DNA of 64,000 bases from Glaucostegus cemiculus (taxonomy: Eukaryota): NCBI GenBank assembly GCA_976551045.1, contig CDPCPM010000103.1:3410001-3474000 (forward strand), read 5' to 3'. Below the pieces are notes generated by a model, which was given only the letters and a program-made list of their open reading frames with translations, was not told the DNA's origin and ran no database searches. Both the position numbers and the translations under genes were made by a program. This document shows positions 1 to 12,399 of this stretch, piece after piece (within the stretch, counting starts at the first letter, position 1; the number at the start of each line of letters is the position of its first letter).

Positions 1-530
1 TGTGGTTGGAATTGGGAGCTGTGGGCTGAGGCATGCCCAGGATTGGGATACAGGGGCTGGGAAAGTGGGCAGTTGTGCAGCCAGGAGCCAGGAGCTGGAG
101 TGTACTGGAACCACAAGTTGGATTGTGACTGTGTCCGGAGGCAGGTATGGAGATGGACCATAGCCAAGGATGCAGATATGTGTGCAGATATAGTGTGGCC
201 AGGAATGGGATAACATGTACTGATGGAGCATCATGGAATACACAGCCAGCTATGCAGCAGGGAAACAGGGAGCAGAGCTTGGCTGGGATTGGGAGCTGTG
301 GTCTGCAAGAACAAGGATCATGGTTGGCAATGTGGGTGGATTTAAGGGCTGAGGGAAGAGTGTGTGGGAGAGTGGGAGGGATCTGTGGGAGGGCAAGAGG
401 AGGTCAGAGAGCAGAGGGAGGTGGGGGAGCAAGCTTTAAGTGATTCAGGAATGGGAAGGACTGTGGAGGGGGTGCGGTGACAGATATTGGACTGGGCAAG
501 GGAAATGTGTGAGTGAGTCAGTGAACATAT
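1..530. repeat. Degenerate G-rich tandem/low-complexity repeat
   Basis: Recurring ggctgggattgggagctgtgg-like units (about 1-28, 281-305 and variants) with strong G-over-C skew. Confidence 0.55.
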
Positions 531-690
531 CTGGGTAGCACAAAGTGCACCAATAAAGCATGGCAAGCAATGCATTAATATAGTTAATAAGGTGGAACTC
601 ACATTGAATTTTTTTTGCCAAAGCACCCCCTACTTTAGTTAAGATCACCAATGTATACAATTCACAACATTTCAATGTCATGTTACCTAC

Positions 691-884
691 CTCTCAATCA
701 ACTGATCTTCTATGGACACATTGCGTTCTATCACTCCGACAATGTCAACAGCTGGCTGAAGGGCAGGAACAGAGGGAGGAAATGATGGACCATTGTTGAA
801 GGCAGAGATGGACTCAGCAAAGCCTTCTAATTCTATCCCTGGTTCAGGTGATCCTTGATACTCAGTATCAATTTCAATAGAGTC
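691..884 (-). CDS. KIAA0586: KIAA0586/TALPID3 internal coding exon (194 nt, phase 0 to phase 2)
   Basis: Acceptor gtttttatgtgtttag, donor GAG|gtaggt. Translates DSIEIDTEYQGSPEPGIELEGFAESISAFNNGPSFPPSVPALQPAVDIVGVIERNVSIEDQLIE, similar to recalled human ...EPILEF...[36 protein letters not shown]. Confidence 0.92.
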
Positions 885-969
885 CTAAACACATAAAAAC
901 AAGTTGCATTAAATAGAAACTGTGAGACGAACATGGTTCTTTTACTTAATTATACTTAGAATAAAGGCA

Positions 970-2500
970 GAATCGATAGAGCGAGAAACAGATTTAACAT
1001 TTCAAGTTAATGACCCTGCAACAGAATAGTGAGAAAACAAATGTGTTTAAAGTTATTGAAAGGGGGGAGGCGGAGGCCAAGGACATTCAAGTGATATGAT
1101 TACTTTTGTGTTATCTAAGAGGGGGAAATTAATACTTGTAAATTTTATCAATTCTGTCTGAATGAATGCAAATGAAGGAAGATGAACTATGGCAGTAGAG
1201 GGAAGAAAAAGCCAACAATGTTCAAATTGTGAGAAGCAGAATGCAGCAGTCAATGGAAATCTGAAACAAAAGAGAATGCTGGAAATACTCAGCAGATCAG
1301 GTAGCATCCGAGGAGAGAAAAAAATTGGGTTAAGGTTACAGGTAGATGATCTTACACCAGAACTGGCCAGTTCTGACACAAACAGGAAGGGCTGGTCATC
1401 TGAAATTTATGAATTTAATATTGAGATCCAAGGGCTGAAAAGTTTAGATGGAAGACAAAATGTTCCTTGAGCTTAGCTAACAGTGTAAGAGACCAAAACC
1501 AGAGGAGTCAGAATGGGAGTGGGGTGGAGAATGAAAAATGAGAAGCAACAGGAAAATCAAGGTCACCCTTGGTGAATGAATGGAGATGCTCTGCCGGTGG
1601 TCTGGTTGGTTCAGTTCTCAGTTTTGCCCTGGAAATGATTAATTAGTGACATTTTCCCAAATTAAATATTTGATATCAACACTGGAATCTAGAATTAAGA
1701 ATTCAGGGCACATTCTAAGTTTCTGCAATGGTTTAAACTTGATCAAATTTACTGTTTTGATTGCAAAAATCCACCAACTTTTGGCAGTTTTTACCAATCA
1801 TTTTATATAAGTTTCATTGCTCTAATTTTTCCATCTTCCTCACATCTGTTCTGACAACGTTACCTTCCATGGTTAATTTTTCTGATATCCTTTACTTCTC
1901 ATCAACCACGGATTCCCCTCCACTGTAACTGACAGTGCCCTCAACCATTTCTTCCCATTTCCTGCACTTCTGCTCTGTTTATTCCCCACTTCTCTGGACC
2001 ACAATAAAAATCCTCTTGTCACATCACTGCACAAGAATCTGCAAACCACCAGTTTCACCATCTCTAGCACAATGTTACCATCAAGCACATCTTCCCCTCC
2101 TTCCGTTTTCAGTGTTCATTTCTAGACCCCTGGTTCACTCTAATACCTGGTCCTTCCTATGGCAAATTCCCGAACAGTTACCCATAATACAACATCTGGC
2201 TTTTTATTTCCTCCTGCTTTCCCAGTGTCTCAAGTGCCAAGCTATGGTGAATGCTATGGTGGTATACTATATTCACTATTCCACTGTGATCTCCTTTACA
2301 TTGGTGAAACCAAAAGAAGATTGGCTGATTAACCTTCCTTTCTGTCCACAAGTGAATCTGACTATTTAAATGTCTGTCATTTTTTTCTCCGTATTTGGCA
2401 TTCCACAGTGCTCCAATAAAACTCAGTATAAGCTCAACAAATAGCACCATATCTTTTTAATTAGGTACTCAACATAAAACTGAACAATTTTGATTTCAAT
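970..2500. mobile_element. Penelope-like retroelement fragments in both orientations
   Basis: Terminal motif tgctggaaatactcagcagatcaggtagcatc at about 1278. Degraded body at about 1870-2480 (cacggattcccctccactgtaactgacagtgccctc; tacattggtgaaaccaaa = YIGETK, GIY-YIG motif). Confidence 0.7.
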
Positions 2501-5039
2501 GGAGAAAAGCTAAGTTGGGAGCTTAAGTGGAATGGGAAATATTTGTTTTCTTTAATTTCATTTAATCATTCATCAGATGCAGGCAGCTCTGGCAAGGTGA
2601 ACATTTAATGATGCTCGAGGAAGTGGTGGGGCCTTGTTGAATTGCTGTAGTCCTTTTTGTTAACACACTCCTGCAGTGTTGTTAGGTGAAGAGCTTTGGG
2701 TTACAGAACAGTAACAATGCAGTAATACAGATATATTTCAAAGTCAAGATTAAGAGTCACAGTTAATTACTGAGATATACTTCTTGATCCTGTAATAGTT
2801 ATTGAACAATATTTATGTACTTTTAACAGTGAGGTGGAAAAATAACTATGATTGTATGACAATCTAAAACCTATATAAAAAAAATCACGTTGGGTTCCTT
2901 TTAGAAATACTATGCATCCAATAGTGCCCTTAGTGGTGTAACTCACAAACTGAGATTGCTGTTGTACAGTTTTGGTGTGACTTAGATCCCTAATTTTGCC
3001 TTCTGTATGATTCATGGTTATCATCAGAAATAAATGTTATTTGTGTAATGATGCATCCAAATATTAGGCTGCCAAGGAAGCAGAAGTACTGTAGAAAAAC
3101 TACATTCAATCACTTGCGATGAGTTCATGAAATCAACTCAAAATTTAGCTCTCCAGTTCTCGTATGGCCTGTGACAACAGGAGCTTTTGTGATTTAGAAT
3201 TCTCTGTGGTGCTTTTACGTGGAACAGGATTCTATAGGCTTGCAAATGTTATATCTAAAAAGCTGAGTAGCTGAACAAAGTCACCCACGTTATAAATGTT
3301 ATTAGTTTCATTAAGAACATTTTATAAAATTGGCAAACCAAAAATTTAGGAAGTGTAAATGATTACATAAAGCACTTTACAAGATTGTGGTAACCCTTTA
3401 AATGTAAAACGCTGTCTCTTGCCTATTGTCTCCTTCAAGTATGAATATGACAACAGCATATTTCAAATCACATGGCCATGGAGAGATGTGGCAAAAGTAT
3501 GTACACTGATATGTCATGTGACAGAAAGAAAAAGCACAAATAAGAGTTTTCTGTGTGCTTCAATATGCTTTGCTGTACACATTACTGCTTAATTATAGGA
3601 CACTTTATGGGACAGCACAGGATGGATTCAGTCAGAGGCTGGTTTCTGTGTATTTGAAGTGTTATGGTTGGGAGGAAAGGCAACTGTACAAAAAGCACTG
3701 TATTTGGCAAAAGAGCTGAAGAATACTATAAAAAGATGAAACTGAACCAAAGATTTTATAGCAGTGGCTGAATTATGGGATGCCTGTATGATTTTGACAA
3801 GCTGAGGTCAAGCTGCATGAAAGATGGATTCAATCACTGATTTCACCTCATGATCACATCGAGTACTCTCTATCTGCTGAAGTGGAGTGTGTCACGTGAC
3901 CTCAGTTCACTTTAGCTCTGAGCAGTGCCAAACTCTTTTGTTCATAAACAGCGTCAGTCCATGAAAAACCTGAGCTGTTAACATTTAGAGTTTTCTCAAA
4001 GTTAAACTTCTACTTTTTAAATTTACTTGTAACAGAGACTTCTGCTTCAAGAACTGCCAATGCAACATTTCACTCAAAAGCATTAAATGGTTCATGCAAA
4101 ACCCAGAGATCAACTTTCCTGGCAAGGGTTGTGGATTTTCTTGAGGTCTGCACAATTTTAATGCTGTGGCCTCTTGCCAAGACAGATTTCCAGACAAGCA
4201 GTTTTGTGCCAAGCACGCTGCATTTGAAGTTACAAAGCAAAATGAAAGGGCAATCTGTTGTATTTGGTGCTGGAAACCTGAGTGGTTTTAGCTGGCCCAG
4301 GCTTCAGTGCAGCATTTTGTTTTTTCTGGTCAGATGCGTGTTGTACTTTTTGGAATCAGCATAATACTTTATTGGCCTGGTAATGGAAAAAAGGCATTGT
4401 GCCAAAGGCATGAGCTACAGATTAATAAATGTTTTTAAGAGGAAAATGTAATCCACAGCGTAGCCTTATTAAAGTTTATAAAGCACACTGCAGTGCTATG
4501 GAAAATAAAATTTACACATGCTGCTCAAACATACTAAGATGCTTTTGATTTTGTTTCAGGAGAGGAATATTTAGTTTAATGTTTGAAACTCATCAGGATC
4601 ATTTTATTAAGAACTATAAATTGGAATTACAGGAATTAAAAAAAAAATTAAAGGAACACTACAAGAATGCATCAATTATGTGGCAGAAAATGATCACAAG
4701 AATAAACCACACTTACAACAATAAACTTGAACATAACTTATGTTCATTCAATCACATCTGCTACATCCACATGAAGCGAGAGGATGTGACATACTGAACC
4801 AATTAAAATATGTAACCCATTGGGAGCAAGAATAATATTTCTCACCATATGTGTAACTTAAACAAAACCTGGTCCAATTATGACTTTGCTGCTCTGACAA
4901 TTCAACAAATTAAAATAAAACTTTTCTGAGGGCTGCAAAATGCTGGTTCATGCTGTGGTTCAAGAGGTTCAACCGTCACACCACTGAAAGTGAGATGTTG
5001 GTTCCCAAACATGAGTTCCATGCAATTAGTCTCTGATTT

Positions 5040-5140
5040 TTTTAAAATTAGATTACAACAGTGGCAGCATATCATTGGTATAAACAACTCTGAAACATCC
5101 TGAGGTTGTGAAAGGCACAATATAGATGCAAGTCTTTCTG
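5040..5140 (+). mobile_element. Ancient Deu-domain SINE / L2-type 3' tail remnant
   Basis: ttacaacagtg...cattgg...atcctgaggttgtgaaaggcacaatatagatgcaagtctttct resembles the AmnSINE1/SacSINE1-type tail. More decayed copies lie near 8090-8240 and 8990-9150. Confidence 0.55.
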
Positions 5141-5231
5141 TGCATGCTGGGAGATGGCAAGAGGATGGAAATATCAAACCAGCTTTAGACATCTAGTTCA
5201 AGATTTGCACAGACTTAAAACATAAGTCTGC

Positions 5232-5469
5232 AGCACGATAGCATAGCGGTTAGCGCGTCGCTGTTACAGCGCCAGCGATCGGGGTTCGATTCCCGTCGCT
5301 GTCTGTAAGGAGTTTGTACCTTCTCCCGTGTCTGCGTGGGTTTCCTCCGGGTGCTCCGGTTTCCTCCCACATTCTGAAATACGTACGGGTAGGTTAATTT
5401 GGGGGTTTAAAATGGGTGGCGTGGACTCGGAGGGCCAAAAGGGCCTGTTACCATGCTGTAAAAAAAAAA
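5232..5469 (+). mobile_element. tRNA-derived V-SINE (HE1-like) with CR1-type tail
   Basis: A-box-like tagcatagcggttagc, B-box ggttcgattcc, V-domain gtctgcgtgggtttcctccgggtgctccggtttcctcccaca, tail gggcc..aagggcctgttacc, then an A-run. CpG-rich, so young. Confidence 0.9.
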
Positions 5470-6589
5470 TCAGCTACTTGCACTGTCAGATGGAGGAACA
5501 GTGTGTAAAGTTGTCATTGGGGATAAGTGGGGGATGATGGTTACCTCCAACTTCACAGGGATGCTTGTTGAAACAGGTATTAGCCTCCATGAACATCCAA
5601 TTCAGAGTCTGATATCGATTTTAGACTTTATAGACAGCTGGGTAGAACACACAACATCCATGGTCCAGTTTTTCCAGGTTTTAAGCCATCTAGCCAGTGG
5701 TCCTCAAAGGGATCACTGGAGGTCTCCTACAAAGAAAAAATTTACTTTTTATGCTTTCATTTCTAATACTGTTCATTGCTTTGTAAAAATACTGCAGACT
5801 GCTGCTGGCTCACGTTCATGTTTCACTCCTGTTGGCCTACCCTCAGTTGTCTGGATCTACAGGGTGGAACAGCATAGTTAGTGTTATGTTTCTCTGTCTG
5901 AGATTTACTCATTCTTTTTGCATGGATCCTTCAGTATGTCTCCCATTCTGGATGGATACACAAATTAAAATGTATCTGTCTCTTTCTTTCTCTCTTTACA
6001 TGTGTCAGTCTTTTTGCTGTCACACAGATTCATTATTCACCTCTCAAGCTATTTATATATTCTTTGACCATCTGAATTTGTTTGTTTCATTTCTGTTTAA
6101 TCTTTCCCTTCATTCTGTGTTGCTTTTCTAAATCCACTTCTTTTAATCTGCTATTTGAGTTTATTTTCTGTGTTTGTTTTCTTAGCAATGCTTCCGTAGC
6201 TATGGCTGTAGAAGTGGAAAGATATCAGTAAGGGTTTGACAAAATAGGGAAGTTGGCCAGAACTTAGTGTAAGCAGGGAAGGACAAATTCAGGTCAGGAA
6301 AAAATCAAGTCTAAAGGACTGAGACTTTAATGTCTTGCTGTATTTGGATGGAACAGTTGAGCAGTGTAAAAAAAAAGGCTATGTTAGTTGAGAGTTAATC
6401 ACACTGGAAATATCCTGTTCATAATTGAAAAGAAATCCTAATAGCATGAAACATAGACTTTTTTTTCCAAAATAAAAGTAACACAAAATTAATATGATGC
6501 ATCAGAAGTGTGCTTATGCACACAAGCAATAAATAGCAGTGGCTGTTTTGCACATTCCTTCAGAATTAACTGTTGAAACATGATAGGAT

Positions 6590-7150
6590 ATGATGATTAT
6601 ATGATCTGAGACTGGTTCAGCCATAACTTGAGTACTGTGATCAGTTCAGGGCACCAGACTTGAGGAAATATATAAATGCTTTAGAGAGGGTGCAGACGAA
6701 ATTTACTAAAATGATTCCAGGGAGGAGGAATTTCAGCTACATGAACATATTGGTGCAACTGGGGCTGCTCTGCTTGGAGCAGAGGAGATTGCAAGGGAAT
6801 CTGATAGATATAATTAAAATCATGAAGGGTACAGACAGAGTAGATAGAGAGAAAATGGTCTTATTGGCAGCAGGTCAAGAACTAGAGGACAAAGAATGAA
6901 GGTGATTGGCAAAAGAATAAAAAAAATGACATGAAACATTTTTTAAACAGTATCAGGAATGCAATGCCAGAGGCAGAGTCAATGGTAGCATACAAGAGGA
7001 AGCTGGATAAATAAATGAATGGAAAGAAATTGCAGGGCCATAGGGTGCAGGCAAGGCAATGTAACTGGATGGACTGCTCTTATATAGAGCCAATGGTTAT
7101 TCAGTCATGCCAAATGGCCTCCTTCTGTGCTGTAATCATTCCATGACTCT
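6590..7150 (+). mobile_element. CR1 LINE 3' fragment
   Basis: ORF 6660-6899 (ALERVQTKFTKMIPG...LGLLCLEQRRLQGNLI) is a CR1 RT C-terminus, followed by a CR1 3' UTR. Confidence 0.88.
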
Positions 7151-7904
7151 GTGAGCTGAACTTTAAAATGCTACATATTTGTTCATGACAATGACATAAC
7201 TCTTTGCATTGTGGGGATATACTAGACAGATGTTTGAAATGATACTAACAACAGAGATTTGCATCGTGTGACCTGACCTACAGTGTGAGAGACATGTGAC
7301 TTGATGTGGAACAGAGTCAAAGTTATCAAATAAACAAACTGAAGCAGTTTAATTACAGTTCTGTCTTGTGTTCCACTGAATTTTGAGGCTTTTTGCAATA
7401 ACATGAATCAATATTGCACTGGCTAGTGACCGTAGGTTATCACTATAATCAATTCAAAGCAGGTAATAAATCCATAATTGAAGAAAATTATATAGCCAAA
7501 GAATACAGAATATTACATGTTTTAGAAGCATAATTTACAAATATGCTCAGTGATCTAGAATATTTCAGTATACTCCTTGATGTCCCTATTAGCAGTGATT
7601 TTTTTCCAGCCACTTTGTCACCATTATGTATGGGGTAGTAAGGAAAATGATAAATAAGCTATGACTGATTTACAAAGGCAAAGTGTTATGATACTCTTGC
7701 ATTTGAGTCATTAGCTCTACTCAAGATTTGCATCCAGGTTGATACTTCAGTGTAGTATCAAGGTATAAAAGGAATGTTGGTAGTTCCATTTCCTGGAGGC
7801 TTAAAATCAATTTGAATGACTCATCTGCCCTTTCAGCTAGTTGTAAAAGATACCATTACTCCAGTTAAAGAACAGAAGAATGTTTTGGACAACATTTCCC
7901 CTTC

Positions 7905-8070
7905 AAAGTCAAAGTCGAGCTTATTGTCATAGGCACAGTATGTGTATGCACAGGTGCAATGAAAATCTTACTTTCAGCAGCATCACAGGCATATAGCATC
8001 ATATAATCAGCATTCATAAGAACAACATAGATTAAACAATTTTCATAAGAAAAACACAATTACAACAAAA
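7905..8070 (-). mobile_element. Rex1/Babar-type LINE 3' tail
   Basis: (aaagtc)2 followed by ttattgtcat...gtgcaatgaaaatcttac, the same tail architecture as the Rex-like copies at 18650 and 49519. Confidence 0.55.
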
Positions 8071-9884
8071 GAGCTAATTTTAGTACAAACAGCAACATTA
8101 AAAAATGATGATTAATTCAATTTTTGTGGAACTTGTTGGACATAAAATGTCTGCCACATTTGCTCACAACTGCAGCTAAGGACTAAACGTTAAAAGTAAA
8201 TGGTTGGTAGAATACTTTGGGGTTGAGTGAAGAAGTGAAAGGCATTTTACAAATGATGGTTCTTTCATCTTTCGGTTAGTAATTCTGAAGTTATTGGGGA
8301 AAAAACAGCTAATAATCTTTAAAGCACCATTTTTTATTCCGTACTTGCTTAGTTTTAGTCTTGCTAGCAACACAGTTTGAATTAATTTTAAGTAACTACA
8401 CTTACATGTTGTTGTGGCCAGCAGCCAAGAAAGGAAATGGAAACAACTGCCTCTAAGATTTACCGTTCCCCATCAGATTCAAAAGCAAAATTAAGAAAAA
8501 GATATATATGCTATAATTTTTGCCTGATATGTCACACAACTCTACTGTAAAACAACTTATTTAATTGTATGGGATGGTGAGAAGAGGCACAATTGGTCAG
8601 AGTATCTGGATTGCATTTGCCAATCTCTAGTTTTACATCATTGTTAGCATAAGACTAAGCAGAGGTCAGCTCATCCAGAAGCATTACGTACATAGCGAAT
8701 ATATTCATGGGCCAAATGCAGGCAAATGGGACTAGTTTCGTGGGCACTATCAAACTAATACAGACGAGTTGGGCCAAAGTGTTGTATTATTCTATGACTC
8801 TCTATTCATGGTGAAAGAGGAAAAGACTACATATTTCATGCAACTATGCATTTGCTTTAATATTACAAGCACTTAATACAAATTACCTTCCATGTAGTTT
8901 ATCAGTAATATATTTCATAATTAAAGTATTTACTAAATGAAGATAAGAACTGAAGGGTGTTCTGGTCAACATTTCACCTATAACTATTAGCATTAAAAAT
9001 AGATGATTAATTCATCATCTGTGGAACCTCGTTGGGCAAAAATGAGTGTCATATTTGCCTATAACAGCAACTATTGTTTGACAATACTTTAAAAGTAAGT
9101 TATTGGCATTCAAATAGTCAGAGGCTGTCTAAAGACATGAAAAGCACTCTGCAGATTATGGTTTGTTGGTGATGCTCGACTTCAGCTTTCTTTTAGGTGG
9201 TAAGAAGTACTGTTGTAATTATGAAGTAATTGGAATAACGAAGTCAGTTGTTGAAAGAAATTTCTGTTAAATAGTTCTTTACCTGCAGATTTTTCTTCCA
9301 GAGTTGTTAAATAAATCATAATCATCAACTATTTTAAAACCTAAAAGCAAAATTCCTGCTAAAATAGTTTATTTTTTCCTGAGATGTTAAAGAAACTCTG
9401 TTCATACTGTGTTGCAAATGCCCAGCAGAGTGCAGTACACAGTAAGAGGATTGTTCCACACAGAGCCATTTTCTTGAAATAACATGTCCATGTGATTTTA
9501 GGAGAATATCTTTTAAAAAATTCTGTAAACCTATTAAGGCTTACTACATAGCTTCAAGAATGAATGACTTCGTCCCAATGCTGTTAGAAACATGACAACA
9601 TTGACTGAAACAAACCTGACTTATCTCATGAAAGTGTTACATTATAGGAAAAAATGTTTTATACATTCTCTGACTGTCACGGCCCACCAAATGAATCCTT
9701 CTGAAGAAGAATGGCAATCAAGGTGTTGTATACGTATCATGACCAATGTGTTTTACTGAGAAACATTTTCAAACTGCTCGTGCTGTGCTCTTTATACATT
9801 CTTAGTAACAGGATATCTTTGGCAAGGTCTGTGGTAACAAATATACAAGGCTTCATTCTGGAGTGAAACCTTTCATATGAAAAC

Positions 9885-11900
9885 CCAACAGGGCTATAGC
9901 TCTCTGTTCATCAACATTCCTTGGTGCCCTACCATTTACTGTATATGTCCTACCCCTATTTGACCTTCCAAAATGTATCACCTTTCCCTTGTTAGGATTA
10001 AATTCTATCTGTCAATTCTCCACCCAATATGTATCCTGCTGTAGCCTCAGACAATCTGATCACCTGATAAGACAATCTGCCATCTGACAAGATATCTTTG
10101 TTAGTCACGTGTACATCGAAACACATAGTGAAATGCATCTTTTGCATAGTTTTCTGGGGGCAGCCTGCAAATGTCACCATGCTTCCAGTGCCAACATAGC
10201 ATGCCCACAACTTCCTAACCTGTACATCTTTGGAATGTGGAAGGAAACTGGAGCACCCAGAGGAAACCCACACAGACACGGCGAGAACGTAAAGCTCCTT
10301 ACAGACAGTGGCCAGAATTGAACTACGTTAACCATTACACTAACATGCCTTAATCATAGTCCCTATATTCACATCCAAGTCACTTATATATATCACAAAC
10401 AGCAAATGTCCCAGCACTAATACCTGCTGTACACCACTACTATCAGACTTCCAGTCAGAAAAACATGCTTTCACCACTACCTTCTGCCTCCTATCACCAA
10501 GCCAATTTTGGATCCAATCAGACAGTTCTCCTTGGATCTCATATGTCTTTAACCTTCTGAATCAGCCTACCATGCAGGACCGTGTCACATCCTTTGCTAA
10601 AGACAACATCTACCACCCTGCCTTCATCAATTTCCTTTATTACCTTCTCAAATTAGTGAGGCAGGATTTTCCCTGCACTATGCCATACTGGCTATCCCTA
10701 ATCAGTCCCTGCCTTTCCAAATATACATAGGTCCTGCCCCAGAGAACTTCCTGACATACAGCTCATTGACCTGCTGGTTTATCCTAATAAAAGAATAACA
10801 TTAGCTATCCTCCAGTTGTCCAGGACCTCACCAGTGGCTAACAAAGATACAAAAATCTCTGGCCAGGCTCCAACAATCTCTTCCCTTGTTTCCAGTAGCA
10901 TTCTGGGATAGATATCAGCTGGCCCTTGGGACTTATCCACCCTTATGTGTTCCAATACATCTGACATCTCCACTTTCTTAATACTGACGTGCTCCAGAGT
11001 ACCAACAATTCCGTCCCTGAACTTACTATCCTCCGTGGTCTTGGTGAATACAGATGAGGAGTATTCACTCACTATTTGGAGGCTTATGGTATGACTTCAG
11101 CAAAGTGACTTCTCATCTCTTATTCCAAAGTTCTATGCATATGGCCTTGTTGGAAGATCCCTCCACATTATCCTCTCTATGTACTGCAGTGATGTTCTCC
11201 CTAATCAGAAGTGTGACTCTCCCTCCTCTTTTGTATGCCCCTCTGTCACATTTGAAACTTCAGTGCCCCAGAATGTTGAGCTGCCATTCCTGCCCTTCCC
11301 TCAATGATGTTTCTGTGATTGTAATAATATCATAATCCCATGTGCTGATCCATGCTCTTAGCTCATCTGATTTATCCGTGAGCTTCCTTGCATTAAGGTA
11401 AATGCAGTTGAACCTACCGGGCCAACCCCCCGCCCCCCCCAAACATGCTCCCTAGCATCTGTCTGGTCTGCCCACTAGACTTGCTTGAGTTATCCTCTGT
11501 AATTGAGTCAATCTCCCCATCTGCCACACTGCTACTAAGTTCTCCAACCTCTGCCAAACTAGGTAAATGCTAATGAGTAATGTGAGCAAACCTCCCTGCA
11601 AGGATATCAGTCCCCTTCCAGTTCAGGTGTAACCCAACCTTCTTGTACAGATCCCACCAGAAGCAATCCCAATGATCCAAGTACCTAAAGCTCCAGCTCT
11701 TCAGCCACTATTCACCTGTCCTATCCTCCTATTTTTATCCTAGCTAGCATGTGGCACAGGGGGTGATCCCATGATTATGATCCAAGGGGTTCTGCTTTTT
11801 AATCTTCTGTTTGATTGCCTAAATTCACTCTGCAGGACCTTATCCATCTTTCTGTCTATGCCATTGACACCAACGTTCACTATGACCTCCAGCTGTTCTC
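9885..11900 (-). mobile_element. Internally deleted CR1 LINE (ORF1, APE and RT remnants) interrupted by a SINE
   Basis: ORF 11260-11442 (CIYLNARKL..K.DELRAWISTWDYDIITITET) is an APE N-terminus. ORF 10779-11072 (DKSQGPADIYPRMLLETREEI...WRIANV) is CR1 pre-RT. Confidence 0.87.
10087..10350 (-). mobile_element. V-SINE with a non-CR1 (Rex-like) tail, nested in CR1
   Basis: Reverse-strand V-domain (ggaaactggagcacccagaggaaacccac on +). Its tail reads atttcactatgtgtttcgatgtacacgtgactaacaaag. Confidence 0.8.
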
Positions 11901-12399
11901 CATTCCCCTTTGGAGTGTTCAGTGAACATGTCTATACACCACATACTTGAGATATTTTGGAAGATTTTGAGATACTCCCAAACATATGGCTTAAGTTTGC
12001 ACGTGTGCACATTAAATGGTTTTATTGTCACAAAGTTAAAGCAATCAGATTGCATCCTCTGAGTGTATATAGATTTGACTAAACTGGTGCACAGCAAGTC
12101 ATCTACTGCATATGGCTGTGTTCTGCATTGCTCAGTTCATTCAGACACATTAAAAAAATTAATATATTTAAAGCAGGAACATTTGTTTATTCATTTTCAA
12201 AAGTCATGAATGGAGATTGGTATTCTTCACTGAGACTTCAGGCAGTCTAAATTGTTAAAACGAAACTTACATTTGCAAAAATATTGCACCAATGCACAGG
12301 AGGCATCAAGTGTTTTATTCAGCTACTAACACAATGAAAAATGACAGAAATTTGCAGAGCATTCATTCTTTCCACTTGCATTAGATAGTCTGTACTGTA

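Noticed and set aside
4560-4797. Plus-strand acceptor followed by a coiled-coil-like 72-aa ORF
   Set aside because: The Lys/Leu pattern comes from an A-run, and there is no recognisable homology or partner exon.
5232-5300. tRNA gene (also at 44549 and 37570-37638)
   Set aside because: The A/B boxes run straight into a V-domain and LINE-like tail, so these are SINE heads.
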